In this document: piece by piece, positions 8,030-16,607 of the stretch
Layout of the letters: the number at the start of each line of letters is the position of its first letter
Position numbering within the stretch: position 1 is the first letter of the stretch
DNA from: a bacterium
Lineage (GTDB): Bacteria; Patescibacteriota; Saccharimonadia; Saccharimonadales; SZUA-47
Direction: 5' to 3'
Length of the DNA stretch: 44,728 nucleotides
Assembly: GCA_037138655.1 (NCBI GenBank)
Contig: JBAXHY010000002.1
Coordinates: 1-44,728, forward strand
Position numbers and translations under genes: made by a program
Notes under the pieces: model-generated
Database searches by the model: none
The model's input: the letters and a program-made list of their open reading frames with translations, nothing else
What the model was told of the DNA's origin: nothing

Positions 8030-10492
8030 ATGTCCAATCCATTAAATGATATTAATGTAGTCGAATCACAAACTCGCGTAGAACTTACTATTGATAGCGA
8101 AGTTGTTACAGCCAATAGGAGCCAAGACACCTTGAGCGCCGTCGGTGCGGTTTCTTTAACCGGAGTTATTGCTGGTGATACTATTGAACGTGCCTTTTTT
8201 ACAAGAAACACTATTGCGAATCGATTAATGACTTATGTTGAACAGCTACAATCAGGAACATCTACAAAGCTACGAGCACATCAAATCGACGTATTTGGCG
8301 ATATTGCAAGTTTTGTAGCGCAGCCACCAATAGATAATGAACAACCAGTCACTTTTGGGTATGTTAAATTGCCGACAGGAAGTGGTAAAACAGCAATATT
8401 TAGTACACTAGCTGGTATATTATCTTCGACCGAAAATAATTTACCGCCTCTTAAAGGGTTAGTACTAGTGCCAAAGCTAGACCTTGTTGATCAAACTAGA
8501 GGTATAGTGAGTGAAGACGGTAAAACTATAAAAGGTGGCATAGGTGCCTTTGCGCCTAATACTAGTGTCACCGTATACACTGGTATAGATAAATCATTAG
8601 AAGGTGACGTTGTAGTAATGACCTACGACTCATTACGTAATGGCGTAGAAGCTGGCATTTTAGCCCCAGAATTATTTGATTATATAATATGCGACGAAGC
8701 TCACCGCGCACTTGGTAAAAAAACCTCAGCAGCGATCAATAAAATTGCGGAAGGTCGTATAGTTATTGGATTTACTGCAACTACAGAGTTTGAAAATAAG
8801 TCTGTTGATAGCTTTTTTCCTGAAGAAATTCACTCAGTAGAATTGCGCGAAGCTATAGAACTAGGATGGTTGTGCCAGGTTCGTGCATTCGCTATTGACA
8901 CAGGCATTACTATTGAATCAATAGCTGCAAACAAAGACTTTTCTGACGCTGAACTATTGACCCTTATCGAAAGCGAGTGGCGCAACAGCAAAGCGGTAGA
9001 TTTTGCTAAATCTTTTGTAGAACAAGGCCAGCAAGGCTTAATATCTTGCGTACCGGGCGATAACTTAGCGCACGCTAAAATAATTGCTGAGCGCATTAAC
9101 GAAACTCAAATACTAGATCCTAAGACTGGTGAGCTCAGAAACATGATGGCTGTCGCTGTTAGTGGCACGTTAAATACTAAAGAACGCAGCAAGATATATG
9201 CAGATTTTGAGGCAGGACTAATTGATGTTCTGACATATGTGGATCTACTTACTGAAGGCTGGGATAGTTACAAAGCACAATTTTTAATTAATTTGCGCCC
9301 TACTAGCTCGCCAGTGAATGCGGTACAACGTATTGGTCGAGTGCTTAGAAAAGTTGAAGGAAAAATAGCAAATGTTGTTGAATTTATTGATCGCTCTGAG
9401 CGTCCAATATATACCTTCTGGCACGCGATAGGTGAAGATACTATACAGCAAGGTAAAATAATACCAGAAAAACTACAAATAGAGCAGTTATCTGAAGATG
9501 CTGATACTAGTCTTGACGATTACGACAAGCTCGTACTGCCCGACAGTCTTCTAGAGTTAATTTCGTCTATTGAAGGTATTTCACTACGAGAAATTACAGT
9601 CGAAGAAATCAAGTTATTTGTAAACAAAGATGATTTGATACTTCGTGATGTCCTGAAAGAGCTTCATCTGACCCGTAGAACACTGCGCCGTGCCTTTGAA
9701 GGTGCAGGCTACGAGCTTATCATAACTCCAAAATTTAGCAACGGTAAGAAAGTACTAACAATCAATAAAGAATCGTTAGAGATGATCTATGACGATTTAG
9801 ATAGGGTGCGACCACGCCTTGAACATGAAGTTTTTAAGGTAAAGACGCTTGCAGAACAACTATCAATTAGTGTCAGCAGTCTAACGCGTATTTTACAAGA
9901 ACAAAATATAAGTATGCAAAGTATCGCAGTCATTGGAGGGGGCCATGTTAAAGTTGGTGGAAGCAGTCAAGCTATTGTTATTGAAGAAAAAGATATCGAG
10001 CGCGCGTTAAGGATTGGCCAAAACTATGTAGAAGAAACACAAAAACTTTTAATAGGTGATAATCCGCAGGCTAAATTTGAAGATGGCGACATGACAATTG
10101 CAGAAATGAAAAGTTACTATGGTCTAGGAACAAAAAAATATAATGACTTTTTGGATTCACTTGGCCAAGACGAACAGTTAAATGTTTTGGTAGAAGTAAG
10201 AAATGGTAGAGCAAACAAATTTGTTCGAGCTACCGAAGCTGAAAGAATTTATAATCTTTTTGTCGAGCGACATGGGTATCTACAAACGATGATAACTGAT
10301 ACGCACGAGCTTGCCCGAATGACCGGTGCACGATCTAAAGGTATTAGTATCTTAGATTTTGAGGATCTTGTACTTAGAGGTAATGCATCTTTAGCAAGTC
10401 TATTTGTATTAGTTTATGAAGGCGGCAAGCAAAAGCCACGCTTACCAATCAAAAACTTAGAAAAATTCATGAGTATTTATAAATCGCTATAA
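8030..10492 (+). CDS. SF2 (ResIII/DEAH-type) helicase with four C-terminal HTH-like repeats
   Basis: LRAHQ, Walker A PTGSGKT (8372-8392), DEAH (8693-8704), FTAT and QRIGRVLR motifs. The ORF opens at 7979, but the predicted promoter lies inside that extension, so ATG 8030 (MSNPLND) is preferred. Confidence 0.85.
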   Translation: MSNPLNDINVVESQTRVELTIDSEVVTANRSQDTLSAVGAVSLTGVIAGDTIERAFFTRNTIANRLMTYVEQLQSGTSTKLRAHQIDVFGDIASFVAQPPIDNEQPVTFGYVKLPTGSGKTAIFSTLAGILSSTENNLPPLKGLVLVPKLDLVDQTRGIVSEDGKTIKGGIGAFAPNTSVTVYTGIDKSLEGDVVVMTYDSLRNGVEAGILAPELFDYIICDEAHRALGKKTSAAINKIAEGRIVIGFTATTEFENKSVDSFFPEEIHSVELREAIELGWLCQVRAFAIDTGITIESIAANKDFSDAELLTLIESEWRNSKAVDFAKSFVEQGQQGLISCVPGDNLAHAKIIAERINETQILDPKTGELRNMMAVAVSGTLNTKERSKIYADFEAGLIDVLTYVDLLTEGWDSYKAQFLINLRPTSSPVNAVQRIGRVLRKVEGKIANVVEFIDRSERPIYTFWHAIGEDTIQQGKIIPEKLQIEQLSEDADTSLDDYDKLVLPDSLLELISSIEGISLREITVEEIKLFVNKDDLILRDVLKELHLTRRTLRRAFEGAGYELIITPKFSNGKKVLTINKESLEMIYDDLDRVRPRLEHEVFKVKTLAEQLSISVSSLTRILQEQNISMQSIAVIGGGHVKVGGSSQAIVIEEKDIERALRIGQNYVEETQKLLIGDNPQAKFEDGDMTIAEMKSYYGLGTKKYNDFLDSLGQDEQLNVLVEVRNGRANKFVRATEAERIYNLFVERHGYLQTMITDTHELARMTGARSKGISILDFEDLVLRGNASLASLFVLVYEGGKQKPRLPIKNLEKFMSIYKSL

Positions 10493-10571
10493 TATTATTA
10501 AAATATTTTATAGTTTAAACAGTAGATATAAGCAAACGGCGACGCAGTGCGTAGCAATGCAATTCGCAAGA

Positions 10572-10645
10572 TTCGCTATTTGACTAAAAACAGGGAAGTT
10601 TACTTACCTGCACGTTTTGGTCAAATATACCCTAGTATCCCTGTC
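10572..10645 (+). repeat. 74-bp direct repeat, copy B
   Basis: 70/74 identical to 7849..7922. The hairpin is retained, with a C-to-T change that keeps a G.U pair on the + strand. The tRNA-like tail stops after tatccctgtc. Confidence 0.85.
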
Positions 10646-10755
10646 TTCCGTCAAGCAGGTCCGTAACACCTGACACGAAGGATTCATATCAGTTAATCCC
10701 ACTCTATCTATAGAAAATTATCTATTTAGCATAAGACTTAATGTACTATACGTTT

Positions 10756-11412
10756 ATGAGTAAAAATAAACTGAGTACATATAGCAAACTTAAAGCTTTT
10801 TTTAAAACACTAACACCAAATGTAGTTTTTCCTATTGTTTTAGTCGTTTTTGGACTGGTTGGTGCAGTGGCGTCGGTTACAATTAATGTCGAAAAAACAA
10901 GTTTATTAAAGCATCCACAACAGTCACTAAGTTGCGATCTTAACCCCGTATATTCATGCGCAAGAATTATTGACACAAAACAGTCAACAGTCTTGGGCGT
11001 ATCAAACGAATTGCTGGGAATCGCGATGTTTTCGGTACTATTAACCACAGGTGTGGTTTTACTGGCAGGAGCAAAGCTTAAGCCATGGTACTGGAGATTG
11101 TTTTTGGCGGGCATGATTGGATTTATGCTATTTGTAGGTTGGCTTTTTTATCAGTCGGTATATAGCATTGGTTTTTTGTGCATATTGTGTTCTACGGCGT
11201 GGTTTAGTGGCTGGGCAATCACAACGGCAGGGTATGCGTGGATGTATGATAATAAGCTGATAGTAGTCAACAAACGTTATATTAATGCGCTTAAGTTTGT
11301 TCGACGTAACATCTTAGTTATATGGGTATCGTTAATACTAATTTTTGCATTTTTAGTACTTAATCATTTTTGGTATTATTATCGAATATACTTTGATTTT
11401 CTTGGCTTGTAA
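10756..11412 (+). CDS. Vitamin K epoxide reductase (VKOR) family membrane protein
   Basis: Loop Cys pair (SCDLNPVYSC), CILC redox motif in a TM helix, about 5 hydrophobic segments. ATG 10756 is preferred over 10741. Confidence 0.75.
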   Translation: MSKNKLSTYSKLKAFFKTLTPNVVFPIVLVVFGLVGAVASVTINVEKTSLLKHPQQSLSCDLNPVYSCARIIDTKQSTVLGVSNELLGIAMFSVLLTTGVVLLAGAKLKPWYWRLFLAGMIGFMLFVGWLFYQSVYSIGFLCILCSTAWFSGWAITTAGYAWMYDNKLIVVNKRYINALKFVRRNILVIWVSLILIFAFLVLNHFWYYYRIYFDFLGL

Positions 11413-11460
11413 TATTGCCCCTGTTCACAAACTGATGGTATTTGATATATAATACAATTT

Positions 11461-12114
11461 ATGGCAAAAGTAATAGCTACTAAACCACTCCTAATAATGC
11501 TATACGGCTTTCCTGGTTCAGGTAAAAGCTACTTTGCAAGGCAACTAGCCGAAAACATGCAAATTGCACATATTCAGGGCGACCGTATTAGAGGCGAGCT
11601 ATTTAGCGAACCAAGATACGACAAGCAAGAAAACGCAATTGTTGCACAGCTAATGAACTACATGACAGAAGAATTTTTAAGTGCAGGCGTTAGCGTAATA
11701 TACGACGAAAACACATCCCGAACTGCACAACGCATGCAAATAAGAGAAATGGCACGAAAAAAGGGTGCTGTACCGTTACTGGTATGGCTACAAATAGACG
11801 CTGATTCTTCTTATGCAAGACTAGATAAACGCGACAGACGCCGTACAGAAGACAGATATTCAAGGGAATACAGCGAACACATATATTCTAAGTTCCTAGG
11901 TATAATGCAAAACCCAAATAACGAAGATTTTATTGTTATAAGCGGTAAACACACATTCCCAAGTCAAAAAAGTGGTGTATTTAAAAGACTTACCGAACTA
12001 GGATTAATCACACATGCTGCGTCTGCTCAAAACGTCGTAAAACCAGGCTTAGTTAACCTTGTACCTACCAGTGGACGAGTTGACATGTCTAGACGCAATA
12101 TATTGATTCGTTAG
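11461..12114 (+). CDS. P-loop kinase-like ATPase (AAA_33/zeta-toxin-like fold)
   Basis: Walker A in LIMLYGFPGSGKSYFARQL. About 170-aa kinase-like core. Confidence 0.7.
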   Translation: MAKVIATKPLLIMLYGFPGSGKSYFARQLAENMQIAHIQGDRIRGELFSEPRYDKQENAIVAQLMNYMTEEFLSAGVSVIYDENTSRTAQRMQIREMARKKGAVPLLVWLQIDADSSYARLDKRDRRRTEDRYSREYSEHIYSKFLGIMQNPNNEDFIVISGKHTFPSQKSGVFKRLTELGLITHAASAQNVVKPGLVNLVPTSGRVDMSRRNILIR

Positions 12115-12115
12115 T

Positions 12116-12832
12116 ATGGTCACATACATAGAAACCCTTGATTTTGGTAGGGTGCGCGTAATTAAAAGGCGTGGGTCACGTAGTATGCGTATTGCCGTTT
12201 CTCAGACAGGCGAAGTAAGGCTGTCTATTCCTTACAGAATAAGTACCGACGACGGCATAAAATTTTTAAACGAAAAAAAGAACTGGATAATTAAGCATAA
12301 ATCGGAACCTACCTATTTAGAAGATGGTGCGCAAATAGGAAACAACCACACATTAAAAATACTAGTTTCTAAAAACTCCAAAACAACTTCTAAAATAATT
12401 GGCAACCAAATTATTGTAAACATGCCAGAAGATACAATGATCGACGACGTTCAAAAAAAATTAGAACAAATATCAAAAAAACTATTAAAAAATGAAGCAG
12501 AATCAGTATTACCTCAAAAAATTAAATCCTTAGCAAATGAACATGGCTACAAAATTAGAGACGTCAGTATAAAGCCACTACAAAGTAGATGGGGAAGCTG
12601 TAGTACAGAAGGTGATATTGTTTTAAATAGCTTTTTAATGCAGCTACCTTACGACTTGGTTTTGTACGTTATGTTTCACGAACTGGCTCATACATTACAT
12701 CATAATCATGGCGATGGTTTTTGGAATGAAGTTAAAAAAAATATACCTGATTATAAGAATAAAAAAGTATTGCTAAAAAAATACCCGACTAAAATATTTG
12801 ATATGCGTGAATCTGCTCGTTTTGTGTCATAA
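12116..12832 (+). CDS. YgjP-like metal-dependent hydrolase (DUF45 / M48-type HExxH)
   Basis: QSRWGSCSTEGDIVLN and HELAHTLHHNH motifs. Confidence 0.8.
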   Translation: MVTYIETLDFGRVRVIKRRGSRSMRIAVSQTGEVRLSIPYRISTDDGIKFLNEKKNWIIKHKSEPTYLEDGAQIGNNHTLKILVSKNSKTTSKIIGNQIIVNMPEDTMIDDVQKKLEQISKKLLKNEAESVLPQKIKSLANEHGYKIRDVSIKPLQSRWGSCSTEGDIVLNSFLMQLPYDLVLYVMFHELAHTLHHNHGDGFWNEVKKNIPDYKNKKVLLKKYPTKIFDMRESARFVS

Positions 12833-12833
12833 T
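12825..12833 (+). promoter_or_regulatory. Extended -10 (TGtCATAAT) 7 nt upstream of the histidine kinase ATG
   Basis: No SD lies between the box and ATG 12841. Consistent with a leaderless transcript. Confidence 0.4.
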
Positions 12834-12840
12834 ACTTCTA

Positions 12841-13947
12841 ATGGCTAACCCAGTAATAAACACAGATAATACAGAATTCGAACAATTAAATAACTTAATT
12901 TATAGTATGGCCGACGGTGTTATTGCCGTAAGTAACATAGGTAAAATAATCGCTTATAACGGATCTGCACTTAATTTACTAAACATCAATAACACTATAG
13001 TTGGGCAAAATATAGATGCAGTACTGCATGTGGTCGACAATAAGGGCGAAGCCCTAGATATTAAAAAGTACATATTAGACGCAAAAGTACCTATTACAGA
13101 CCGTAATCATAAAATAAATTATCCTGACAATAGTTTTATACATTTATATATAAGCGTTGCACCAATTAGGTTAGGATTCGGTAAAAAAGGCACAGAAGGT
13201 TTTGTAGTATTACTACGTGACATAACAGTCGAAAAATCATTAGAAGAAGAACGTAATGAATTTATTAGTGTAATTAGTCACGAATTAGGAAATCCTATTG
13301 CAATAGCCGAAGGAAGCCTTGGTAACGCTCTGTATGCAACGCAAAAGACAGAAGGCATAGATAATATAAAAAGCGCATTAAAACTGGCTCACGACCAAGT
13401 ATTGTTCTTAAGCGACATGATTAACGACCTAAGTACTTTGTCGCGTGCCGAACGTGGTACATTGCAAGTTGAAGTAGATTCAATTAACGTACACGATTTA
13501 CTAAAAAGTCTAGAAACTAATTATACCGACCAAGCCAATACAAAAGGCTTAAAATTTAGCGTAGAAATTGACCCAAGGTTAGAATTACTACAATCAAGTA
13601 AACTGTACGTCAGAGAAATCCTTCAAAACTTTATAACTAACGCTATAAAATACACAAACTCGGGTAGCATTACAGTTGGTGCTAATAAAATTAATGACGG
13701 TGTTGAATTTTTTGTCACCGACACTGGTTTTGGTATTAGCACTGCCGATCAAGCAAAAGTTTGGCAAAAGTTTTACAGAAGCGAAGATTACAGAACCCGT
13801 CAAAATAATGGTACTGGGCTTGGGCTATACGTAACAATGAAACTTGCACGCTTAATTCACGCAGATATTAAGTTAAAAAGTGAACTAAACGTGGGTTCAA
13901 CTTTTGATATTTCTATTCCGGACATTCAACCGCAACCAGTCGTTTAA
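12841..13947 (+). CDS. Cytoplasmic PAS-domain sensor histidine kinase
   Basis: H-box FISVISHELGNP, N-box NAIKYT, G-boxes DTGFGI and GTGLGLY. No TM segment. No adjacent response regulator. Confidence 0.85.
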   Translation: MANPVINTDNTEFEQLNNLIYSMADGVIAVSNIGKIIAYNGSALNLLNINNTIVGQNIDAVLHVVDNKGEALDIKKYILDAKVPITDRNHKINYPDNSFIHLYISVAPIRLGFGKKGTEGFVVLLRDITVEKSLEEERNEFISVISHELGNPIAIAEGSLGNALYATQKTEGIDNIKSALKLAHDQVLFLSDMINDLSTLSRAERGTLQVEVDSINVHDLLKSLETNYTDQANTKGLKFSVEIDPRLELLQSSKLYVREILQNFITNAIKYTNSGSITVGANKINDGVEFFVTDTGFGISTADQAKVWQKFYRSEDYRTRQNNGTGLGLYVTMKLARLIHADIKLKSELNVGSTFDISIPDIQPQPVV

Positions 13948-13949
13948 AA

Positions 13950-15467
13950 TTACTTTTTGTCTTCTAATTTTGGCAGTGACGGAATAACACGCATCACAGG
14001 TAAACAAACGTTTCTTTGCTTCCATATAACTTCACCAAATTCATAAGCAAACATTGACCAGTGCATAATTACTATATCTATAAATGGTATGGCAAATGAA
14101 CGTATCGTATAAAGTAATCTTTTAGTACTTATAACTTCTTTAACAATCAAAACGTAAATAAATAACTGCATAATAATTACCAAACTATATGCTATTAAAT
14201 ACACCAATTTATGGTTAATTAAAGATGCGATAAACATTACATAAGGAAATATAAACAGTACCAACAAAACAATAGTAACAGCAAGCAACATTTCGGGTTT
14301 TCTGTGAAGCTGCGGATATCTAACCCTAATGGCAGTTGTGCGCTGTGCTGCCGCTGTTTTTAAGCTTGTTACTCCTAAGTTATCTACTAGCAAAAATTTA
14401 TATCCAGATTCATTTGAACATTCTCTGGCAAAATACGACTCTGGTACTATCATTCTTTTAACAGACAAAAAACCTCCAAGCGACAACAACTTATTACGAT
14501 CAATAACCCAAAGCGTGCTTAATACTGGTGGACGTTTTAAATACATTCTTGGAAGCAAAAGTTCCCACATATATCTAGTTAACTGAACAACATTAGACTG
14601 CTGTATTTGGCTAGATCTTTTTGGTAAAACGCTAATCATTTGCAAAGATTCTGCAACCATACAAGATATAAGTTTTGAAATCGTGTCTTTTTCTACTCTT
14701 ACATCTACACCGCAAAATAAAATAATATCACCAGATGCTTCTTGCATTAATTTTTGATAAGCTGCGTTTTTTGGCAACCATGAATCTCCTGGTTCGTCGC
14801 CTTGAATAAATCTAACACCTTCATGGGCGAATTTTTTAATTACATAAGATGCTTGCTCCTGCGAACAATCGTCAAAAACTAAAATTTCTAATTTTTTATA
14901 ATCACTATCTATAATTGATTGCAAACATTCCTCTAGATCACTGGTTTCGTTTCTTGCTGGAATAGCTACAGTAACTGTTGGCAACGCCTTGTCGTCTTTG
15001 TCTAATACTTTATTAGTTAAATCAACAGAATACATCTTAATATTTTTGAATAGTACTAATAGCAGACAATAGTGACCAACGACGATTAAAACAGTCAAAA
15101 TATTTAGGTAGTTATTAGCAATAAAATTTACTTTATTTAACAAATAACAAAGTGCAATTAACGTAAGTTGATAACCAATAATAACTTCGCTTGTACGTCT
15201 GGTAGATTTATACAAATATTCCTGATTCATGCGACCGTAACTAAATCGCATAATATTGAATATTCTATATAGACCTACTATAAAAAAAGTTGCACCAAAA
15301 ATAAGTGGCGCCTGAAAAGCTATTTCGGAATGTACTATGCCAAGCAAAAGTATAAGCAGTGCGCCCGTAGAAAGTCTTATTAATCTTGGTGCTGGTGCTC
15401 TTAATAGCAGGAGTTCTACAACTGTAAGGGTAAAAAAACTAACCCAAACAAACTGTTCATAATTCAT
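13950..15467 (-). CDS. Membrane-embedded family 2 glycosyltransferase
   Basis: VTVAIPARNE...LVFDDCS GT-A core flanked by multiple TM helices. Confidence 0.8.
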   Translation of the reverse strand: MNYEQFVWVSFFTLTVVELLLLRAPAPRLIRLSTGALLILLLGIVHSEIAFQAPLIFGATFFIVGLYRIFNIMRFSYGRMNQEYLYKSTRRTSEVIIGYQLTLIALCYLLNKVNFIANNYLNILTVLIVVGHYCLLLVLFKNIKMYSVDLTNKVLDKDDKALPTVTVAIPARNETSDLEECLQSIIDSDYKKLEILVFDDCSQEQASYVIKKFAHEGVRFIQGDEPGDSWLPKNAAYQKLMQEASGDIILFCGVDVRVEKDTISKLISCMVAESLQMISVLPKRSSQIQQSNVVQLTRYMWELLLPRMYLKRPPVLSTLWVIDRNKLLSLGGFLSVKRMIVPESYFARECSNESGYKFLLVDNLGVTSLKTAAAQRTTAIRVRYPQLHRKPEMLLAVTIVLLVLFIFPYVMFIASLINHKLVYLIAYSLVIIMQLFIYVLIVKEVISTKRLLYTIRSFAIPFIDIVIMHWSMFAYEFGEVIWKQRNVCLPVMRVIPSLPKLEDKK

Positions 15468-15473
15468 TCTAAA

Positions 15474-15482
15474 ATTGTATCA
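15474..15482 (-). promoter_or_regulatory. Extended -10 (TGaTACAAT on minus strand) exactly 6 nt upstream of the GT2 ATG
   Basis: Reverse complement reads tgtgatacaat-tttaga-ATG. No SD. Confidence 0.45.
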
Positions 15483-15507
15483 CAAACATAAGCCTAAAGG
15501 CTTGCAG

Positions 15508-15537
15508 TTGTCATAGTTAACCACTTTATGTTATATT
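15508..15537 (+). promoter_or_regulatory. sigma70-type promoter of secE-nusG
   Basis: -35 TTGTCA (15508-15513), 18-nt spacer with TG (15529-15530), -10 TATATT (15532-15537). Confidence 0.5.
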
Positions 15538-15548
15538 GACAGGAACGG

Positions 15549-15572
15549 AACCTTCGATATGAAGGTTTTTTT
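15549..15572 (+). promoter_or_regulatory. Terminator-like hairpin in the secE 5' leader
   Basis: aaccttc-gatat-gaaggtt followed by a T-run (15566-15572). Sits between the predicted TSS and the GGGAG SD. Confidence 0.4.
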
Positions 15573-15589
15573 GTTGGGAGACAATAAAT

Positions 15590-15991
15590 ATGGCAGATAA
15601 AGCAAAGAAGACGCAAACTATTCGCAAGAGCGAATCAATGCGAGACAAAGCAAACAAGGTTACTGAAAAATCAGCAAAGCCTAGACGTATCAAAAAAACA
15701 GCATCAAAAATTGTTAAGCCGTTAAAAGCTATATCAAAAATTGGTAAAAAAGAATACTTTTTAATCACCCCTAAAGAAACAGGTTTTAAAGGTTTCTTAA
15801 CTAAAAGACGAAGTTTTACTCCAAAATACGTAATTTCTTCTTACAAAGAACTAAAACTAGTATCTTGGCCTAACAAGCTAGAAACCTGGAGACTAATGTC
15901 TGCAGTATTTATATTTGCTACATTATTTGCTCTTGCAGTTAAATTCGTAGATTACGGCTTAGATAAACTATTTAGAAGGGCATTCTTATAA
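15590..15991 (+). CDS. secE: Preprotein translocase subunit SecE with long basic N-terminal extension
   Basis: C-terminal ELKLVSWPNKLETWRLMSAVFIFATLFALAV... is a typical SecE TM segment. Immediately precedes nusG. Confidence 0.85.
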   Translation: MADKAKKTQTIRKSESMRDKANKVTEKSAKPRRIKKTASKIVKPLKAISKIGKKEYFLITPKETGFKGFLTKRRSFTPKYVISSYKELKLVSWPNKLETWRLMSAVFIFATLFALAVKFVDYGLDKLFRRAFL

Positions 15992-16533
15992 TGACTAAAA
16001 GATACGATTCACAAAAGCAATGGTATGCAATTCATACTTACAGTGGTTATGAAGAAAAAGTAGCAGAAAGCATTAGACAGCGCTGCGAAAGTTTAGACAT
16101 GGGAGACAAGATCTACCAAGTTGTTGTTCCTAAAGAAAAAATGATCGAAATCAAAAACGGCAAACGAAAAGTCGTAGAAAAAAGAATATTCCAAGGTTAC
16201 GTACTAGTTCAAATGAAAATGAGCGAAGATGCTTGGTACATTGTTCGCAACACACCTAGCGTTACTGGATTCGTAGGAAGCGGCACAGAACCAACTCCTG
16301 TAGAAGACGAAGAAATGGACAAAATTATGAAGCGAATGGGTCGTGATGATCCTAAGCATAAGATTGACTTTAATGTTGGTGAAGTTGTAAACATTATTGA
16401 CGGGCCATTTAAGGGCTTTGATGGTAGTATTAACGAAATCGACCCAGCTAAGGGCAAACTTAAAGTTTTGGTTAACATGTTTGGTCGTGAAACACCGGTC
16501 GAACTTGACGGACTACAGGTTAAAAGAGTTTAG
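15991..16533 (+). CDS. nusG: Transcription termination/antitermination factor NusG
   Basis: NGN domain (KQWYAIHTYSGYEEKV) and KOW motif (GEVVNIIDGPFKGFDG). TAATG overlap with secE. Confidence 0.95.
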   Translation: MTKRYDSQKQWYAIHTYSGYEEKVAESIRQRCESLDMGDKIYQVVVPKEKMIEIKNGKRKVVEKRIFQGYVLVQMKMSEDAWYIVRNTPSVTGFVGSGTEPTPVEDEEMDKIMKRMGRDDPKHKIDFNVGEVVNIIDGPFKGFDGSINEIDPAKGKLKVLVNMFGRETPVELDGLQVKRV

Positions 16534-16607
16534 TCCTACATTTGTTTAAGCTAATTTATAAATTTTAATATCTATAAAATATTCAAATTTAATTAGTTAG
16601 AATCACT

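Noticed and set aside
13947-13950. Convergent gene pairs with no room for terminators (13947/13950; 22510-22520 overlap; 33572-33575 overlap) as a special regulatory feature
   Set aside because: This is common in compact genomes, and nothing sequence-specific such as hairpins is visible at these junctions. It is noted only as a sign of genome compaction.
15526-15768. 80-aa minus-strand ORF overlapping the secE promoter and N-terminus
   Set aside because: It overlaps the well-supported secE gene and its promoter, and has no SD or -10 box. It is a shadow ORF.
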